A DNA stretch of 64,000 nt from Acetobacteraceae bacterium (GTDB lineage: Bacteria > Pseudomonadota > Alphaproteobacteria > Acetobacterales > Acetobacteraceae), in NCBI GenBank assembly GCA_049519555.1, contig JBEKQQ010000027.1, forward strand, positions 10,533-74,532. The letters run 5' to 3'. Below the pieces are notes generated by a model. It was not told where the DNA came from, made no database searches, and saw only the letters and a program-made list of their open reading frames with translations. Numbering within the stretch: position 1 is the first letter of the stretch; the number at the start of each line of letters is the position of its first letter. Of this stretch, positions 59,432-64,000 are shown piece by piece. The translations under genes were made by a program, and so were the position numbers.

Positions 59432-60745
59432 TTATTCCGCGGCTTCGGCGAACCCGGGATGCAACGCCTCCGCCAGGGTTTGCTCATAAGCGTCGAGCCA
59501 GCGGTGCTCCGCCGGTGCGATCAGGTCACCCGAGCGAGCGATCGTGCTGGCCTGCGGATTGTCGACCAGTGGCGGCACCGTGCCATGATCGCGCAGCGCA
59601 CGCACCGCATCCAGCAACCGTCGTCTCGTCAACGTAATCATCCGATCGCTCGGCGCCAGATGCTCGAGCGTGCGGTCGCTGATCGCGCCCATGCTCTCCG
59701 TCACCGCAGAGTCCTGAGTGAACACCTCGGCGATCCCGCTGTAGCTGAAAGTCCTCTGGGCGTCGCGATCAATGAGATAGTCATTGCTTTGATTGGCCGC
59801 CGGCCGCCAGCGGCCGAACCAGTCAGACGTGTTGGGCAATGTCGCCGTGGCGCGGTCCAGATACGGGATCGGCTCGCCGGTCTTCAGCAAGCCCAGAGCC
59901 GGAGTCCGGGGTTTCCAACTGAAATAATACGACATCGTATGGGTGTCATCCATCGGCACCCACGCCTGAGCGATGACGTTGTCCTGCAACGGTCCGTTCG
60001 GAAACAGCGTCCAGAACGGCATCGCGAAATGGGCGAACCGGTAATAGGTGTAGCCAGGTTCCGCCGGTCGGTGCGCCGTATACATGGTGCCCCAGTCAGT
60101 CGCCCTGACATGATATTCCGGCGCGCGATCGATCAGCTGAAAGCGTTCCAGGTGGTTCGGGTCGATGTCGCCGATCTCAACCTTTCCGGTGTGCAGAAAG
60201 CTGAAATGCGAGGTGTCGATATCGCCCTCCAGCGCCTGCAACCAATTGCATTCCCGTTGCTTGCAGTTGAGTTCGGTTTCCTCCGGCGGGCAGAGCATCA
60301 CCTCCAGCGCCGGCAAGGGTGGAGCGACCGCACGCTCCCCCATATACACGTAGACCAGCCCGCCGCGTTCGGCGACTTTGTAGGCCTTGGCTTTGACTTT
60401 ACTGCGAAAATCCTGATCGGCAGGGAGATTTGGCATTTCCAGGCAATTGCCGGCGGTGTCGAATTTCCAGCCGTGGTAGACGCAGCGGATGCCGCCCTCC
60501 TCGTTGCGCCCGAAGTACATCGACGCACACCGGTGCGGACAGCGATGATCCATAACGCCGATGCACCCGCTGCTGTCGCGGAAGGCAATCAGCCGCTCGC
60601 CCAACAACATCAGGCGCAGCGGATCGCCGTCGGGCTCGAGTTCCGATGATAGACACGCCGGCAGCCAATACTGGCGCATCAGTGCGCCCATCGGAGTGCC
60701 GGGTCCAACGTTGGTCAGCAACTCGTTTTCGCTCTGAGAGGTCAT
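59432..60745 (-). CDS. Rieske [2Fe-2S] ring-hydroxylating oxygenase alpha subunit (phthalate-family type)
   Basis: CPHRCASMYFGRNEEGGIRCVYHGWKF Rieske motif. Later the mononuclear iron region DTSHFSFLH. Confidence 0.9.
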   Translation of the reverse strand: MTSQSENELLTNVGPGTPMGALMRQYWLPACLSSELEPDGDPLRLMLLGERLIAFRDSSGCIGVMDHRCPHRCASMYFGRNEEGGIRCVYHGWKFDTAGNCLEMPNLPADQDFRSKVKAKAYKVAERGGLVYVYMGERAVAPPLPALEVMLCPPEETELNCKQRECNWLQALEGDIDTSHFSFLHTGKVEIGDIDPNHLERFQLIDRAPEYHVRATDWGTMYTAHRPAEPGYTYYRFAHFAMPFWTLFPNGPLQDNVIAQAWVPMDDTHTMSYYFSWKPRTPALGLLKTGEPIPYLDRATATLPNTSDWFGRWRPAANQSNDYLIDRDAQRTFSYSGIAEVFTQDSAVTESMGAISDRTLEHLAPSDRMITLTRRRLLDAVRALRDHGTVPPLVDNPQASTIARSGDLIAPAEHRWLDAYEQTLAEALHPGFAEAAE

Positions 60746-60966
60746 GTTTGGTTGCCTCCTGTTCAGTGTGCGACTGCATGCTTCAACGCCGGAACCGTAT
60801 GCAAAGTTCGCGCCAGGCTCGATTGGGAACGCCTGTTCAAATCGTCATGGCCCTCCCCCGACTTGTTCTGGGGATCTCCGGACCATCTGGCGCCGCACAG
60901 TGCTGGTTCAGATGGCCATTACGTTGAAAGGCCGGTACCATCAGTCGATCGTCAAGACGGTTGGTA

Positions 60967-62055
60967 TTATTCCGCCGCCATCTTGTAGGCCTCCCGGCAG
61001 TGCATCAGCGGCAGAATGCGCGTGCCGAATTGCTCCATGCCGATAACGAAATCATCAAACGTCAGCATCACGCCCTCGACGCCCGGCACGGTGGCCAACT
61101 CGTCCAGCATCCGCGCGACGCTGGCATAGGAACCGACCAGCACGCCGCCCTGTGTTGGCAGTTTCTCGGTGCCCAGTGTGCGGCGCTTGTTCGGGCCCGC
61201 CAACGGATCGCGCGACGGGTCATCAGACGCCTGGGCGTCGCGCCAGGCAATGGCTACGGTGTCGGTGCCGGCTTTGTAATGCTCCCATTTCGCCATCGCC
61301 GCCGCGTCGGTCTCATCGGCGATGACCATGGTCAGCACCAGCGCGCCGCACTTGCCGCCGAATTCCTGGTTGGCCGCGACCAGCCGGGCGACACTGGCGG
61401 TCACCATGGTCGGCGTATTGATCCCGCCGCTGGAGCAGAAATTGTAATCGGCATGCTGTGCGGCGTAGCGCGTGCCGGCATCGCTCTGACCGGCCGATAT
61501 GATAGGGATTTTCGCCGTCGGCATCGGCAGGCAGCGGCAATCGTCCATCTGGAAGAAGTCGCCTTTGAAGTCGGAGCGACCGGTCGCCCACAACTCCTGC
61601 ATGATCGTCACGTACTCGCTGCAATAATCATAACGCCGATTGTAGTGGTCCGATCCGGGCCAGATCCCCATCTGCGCATATTCGCGCCGCTGCCAACCGG
61701 AGATGATGTTCACGCCGAACCGCCCGTGGCTGATGCTGTCGATCGTGGTTGCCATCCGCGCGGTGAACGGCGGCGGCACGGTCAGGACCGCGCAGGTCGC
61801 GAACAGCTGGATCCGGCTGGTTACCGAGGCGAGGCCCGCCATCAGCGTAAACGATTCCAGGTTGTAGTCCCAGAATCCCGATGGGCCGCCGAAGCCATGC
61901 AGCTTGATCATCGACAAGGCGAAGTCGAAACCGAACGCCTCAGCCTTTTGCACAACGGTTTTGTTGAGGTCGAAGCTTGGCTTGTATTGCGGCGACGTGG
62001 TCGAGATCAGCCAGCCATTGTTACCGATCGGAATAAAAACACCAAGCTGCATCAC
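60967..62055 (-). CDS. rutA: RutA-like pyrimidine monooxygenase (LLM family)
   Basis: [54 protein letters not shown]...[12 protein letters not shown]...[24 protein letters not shown]...[13 protein letters not shown] closely tracks the E. coli RutA sequence as I remember it. Confidence 0.75.
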   Translation of the reverse strand: MMQLGVFIPIGNNGWLISTTSPQYKPSFDLNKTVVQKAEAFGFDFALSMIKLHGFGGPSGFWDYNLESFTLMAGLASVTSRIQLFATCAVLTVPPPFTARMATTIDSISHGRFGVNIISGWQRREYAQMGIWPGSDHYNRRYDYCSEYVTIMQELWATGRSDFKGDFFQMDDCRCLPMPTAKIPIISAGQSDAGTRYAAQHADYNFCSSGGINTPTMVTASVARLVAANQEFGGKCGALVLTMVIADETDAAAMAKWEHYKAGTDTVAIAWRDAQASDDPSRDPLAGPNKRRTLGTEKLPTQGGVLVGSYASVARMLDELATVPGVEGVMLTFDDFVIGMEQFGTRILPLMHCREAYKMAAE

Positions 62056-62067
62056 GGGTTTCCTATG

Positions 62068-63369
62068 TCATGAGGTGACGAATTCGTTCCATCTTCGGGT
62101 CAGATAGCGGTCTTCATCCATCACCGCGTTCCACGCGGCGATATGGCCCAGTCGATCCCAAAAGGCGCCGCCGTCGCGGACGGCACCGGGATGCTCCATC
62201 ACTTTGCCAAACTGATTGACGATGTCGGTGGTGGCGGGTTTACCGCCGTACCAGTAATCCCATTCCGCTGCCGTCAGGAATTTCCGGGCGTTCTCCGGCT
62301 GCGCCGCGTAGTAGCCTTCGCGGGCGATGAACGCGCCCTGGAACCCGCTGGTGTACCAGTTCAGATATTCGTAGAAGCAATCCAGTTCCAGGCCTTGCAC
62401 GTGTTTCATCACACCGAACGCCGTGCACCAACCTCGGTAACCTTCCTTCAACGGCTGGAACGTGCAGGGAATGCCGCGTGAGCGGACGGCAGCAACGGCC
62501 GGGGCAATCATCGACTGGATGACGACCTCCCCGGATGCCATCAGGTTGACCGACTGATCGAAAGTCGACCAAAACGAACGAAACTGGCCGTTCTTCTTGA
62601 AATCGGTCATGACCTTGACGGTCTTGTCGATCTCGTCCTTCGTCATGTTGCCTTTGTCGCCGTATTTGATCTCGCCAAGCGCTTCCAGCGCCAGAGCGGT
62701 GTCCATCACGCCGATCGTCGGCTGCTCTTGCAACGCGGCGCGGCCTTTGAAATCCGGTGACAGCAGATCGGCCCAACTGGTCACCGGCCGGCCGGTCAGG
62801 TCGGGCCTGATGCCAAGTGTGTCGCCATTGGTGATCATCGGCAGGACGGTCAGCCATTCACTGGGCCCGTCGTGAAAACTCTGACCGCCGGCGTCGTTGG
62901 CATAAATCACAGTCCAGGGTGCGGTGCCCTGGCGCGGCGCTTTGCGCCCATCGGGCAACTCACCTTTGGTCAGCACCGGGATCGTTTTGTCCCAATCCTT
63001 GACCTTGGCCAGCGGGATGGCCTGCAGAACGTCTCGGCCGACCAGATATTTCATGAACGTGATGCTGATATCGGCGCAATCCAGCGAGGTCGGCGCGGTC
63101 AGCAGACGGTTGAGCAGATCATTGCCCTCGGATGCCTGCATCTTGACGGTGAAGCCGAGGTCTTTGTTGGCCTGCTCGCCGATGGCCGGGATCGCGGTGA
63201 CCGGCGTGCCGTTGTGCCGCAGCACCACATCCTTGATGTTCTGCGCCCAGATGAGCGGGAAACCGGTGATGGCACCGGCTCCGGCGGCGGTTCCTGCGAT
63301 GGTAGCGGCGGTTTTCAGCAGCGCCCTGCGGGACGGGGAGGCAACATTTCGAAAAGTGCGACGCGGCAT
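62068..63369 (-). CDS. ABC transporter periplasmic substrate-binding protein (family 1, PotD/PotF-like) with Tat signal
   Basis: SRRALLKTAATIAGTAAGAGA twin-arginine leader. 433 aa. No permease or ATPase genes within the window. Confidence 0.75.
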   Translation of the reverse strand: MPRRTFRNVASPSRRALLKTAATIAGTAAGAGAITGFPLIWAQNIKDVVLRHNGTPVTAIPAIGEQANKDLGFTVKMQASEGNDLLNRLLTAPTSLDCADISITFMKYLVGRDVLQAIPLAKVKDWDKTIPVLTKGELPDGRKAPRQGTAPWTVIYANDAGGQSFHDGPSEWLTVLPMITNGDTLGIRPDLTGRPVTSWADLLSPDFKGRAALQEQPTIGVMDTALALEALGEIKYGDKGNMTKDEIDKTVKVMTDFKKNGQFRSFWSTFDQSVNLMASGEVVIQSMIAPAVAAVRSRGIPCTFQPLKEGYRGWCTAFGVMKHVQGLELDCFYEYLNWYTSGFQGAFIAREGYYAAQPENARKFLTAAEWDYWYGGKPATTDIVNQFGKVMEHPGAVRDGGAFWDRLGHIAAWNAVMDEDRYLTRRWNEFVTS

Positions 63370-63724
63370 CGGACGCCTTTCTGCTCACAGAATAATCAAA
63401 CTCCTCCCGCTCGGCTGATTTCTTGGACGCCTGAACAGGCTAGCCCTCATTGCTGCGTTGCACAACGCCTAATTTCGCACCAAATTATGAGCGGCGCTAT
63501 ATGAATGGCTAACGAATACTCACCTAATTAGCTTTCATGAGCTTTTGCCTTATTTTTAGTCTGGGTGGACAAGTCGTCCCGACGGTGCGGTTACCTGCCG
63601 GCGCCGTAAAAGTCTCGCCCTGTGGCGCAATTTGTTGAGGCTCCCGCCTTCGCAGGGGCATTGTCGGGCCCGACCCGACTAGCTTTGTCCGCGTGAAGAT
63701 CGGCTCGAATTGCGGCAGTGCGCG

Positions 63725-63820
63725 CATCCTCGGGCCAGGCCCGAGGATGACGAGCGAGCATGGTTCATGCCTTGCTCCGGGCTCAACCAAATGCCTATAC
63801 GGTCGAGCCGGGCCATGACG
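63725..63820. repeat. REP-like palindromes at the window end
   Basis: catcctcgggcc-a-ggcccgaggatg forms a 25-nt palindrome at 63725..63749. cgagccgggccatgacg at 63804..63820 repeats the core of the 15968..15992 element. Confidence 0.65.
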
Positions 63821-64000
63821 AGGCCCGAGAGTCGGTCTGTCAGCGCGGTGGTCTTATCCTGGTGCCGCGCCTTTTGACGATGTGACCCACCTCTGGACCC
63901 GCTCTGCGTTGTGGTTCAACATCCGTGCAAGTGAGTTCCAGGTTGCTTCAGTGATGCGATGGTCCCGCGCCTTTGGCTACATGATCGCCGCGCTGCCGTA

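Noticed and set aside
63524-63790. 88-aa minus-strand ORF near the window end
   Set aside because: It is built largely from REP-like palindromes (translation …PGPRMRA…), a known source of spurious ORFs.
63952-64000. Possible gene start (ATGCGATGGTCCCGC…) at the window edge
   Set aside because: Only 16 codons are visible, too short to support a call.

Overview
High-GC (about 62-68 % where I hand-counted) alphaproteobacterial chromosome segment, Bradyrhizobiaceae-like by protein flavour and by its REP-like palindromes. Most of the window is ordinary catabolic and transport genes: hydantoinase/oxoprolinase pair, several LLM flavin monooxygenases, CoA-transferase, M20 amidohydrolase, Zn-ADHs, enolase-superfamily enzyme, phosphoketolase-acetate kinase operon, EmrAB-type efflux, Kef-USP antiporter, GMC oxidoreductase, Rieske oxygenase, RutA-like monooxygenase. 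There is one tRNA-Ala(GGC) and a 1316-aa double-module hybrid histidine kinase. Features that stand out: (1) an in-frame TGA giving a U-G-S-C selenoprotein candidate with a SECIS-like hairpin, last gene of a three-gene cluster of uncharacterised proteins (47.2-50.0 kb). (2) A sharply low-GC island (about 50.6-53.5 kb) with a 347-aa orphan and a pentapeptide-repeat/FGE-sulfatase-domain gene interrupted exactly at a G8 homopolymer. (3) A stress-gene cluster at 38-41 kb carrying three perfect and one partial EcfG-type GGAAC-N16/17-CGTT promoters, plus an untracked 25-aa peptide ORF. (4) A UdgX-type uracil-DNA glycosylase (GEQPG and KRRIH motifs) with a His-to-Arg change in motif B and no stop codon before the downstream EmrA-like gene. 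(5) An SbcD/SbcC-like nuclease-ATPase pair. (6) Several decay scars: truncated HpcH aldolase, frameshifted iron-permease-family gene, MCP/CheC-like remnant in three frames, amidohydrolase paralog fragment. No CRISPR array, rRNA, transposase or integrase was recognised. All calls come from reading the sequence and the ORF track; no database search was run.
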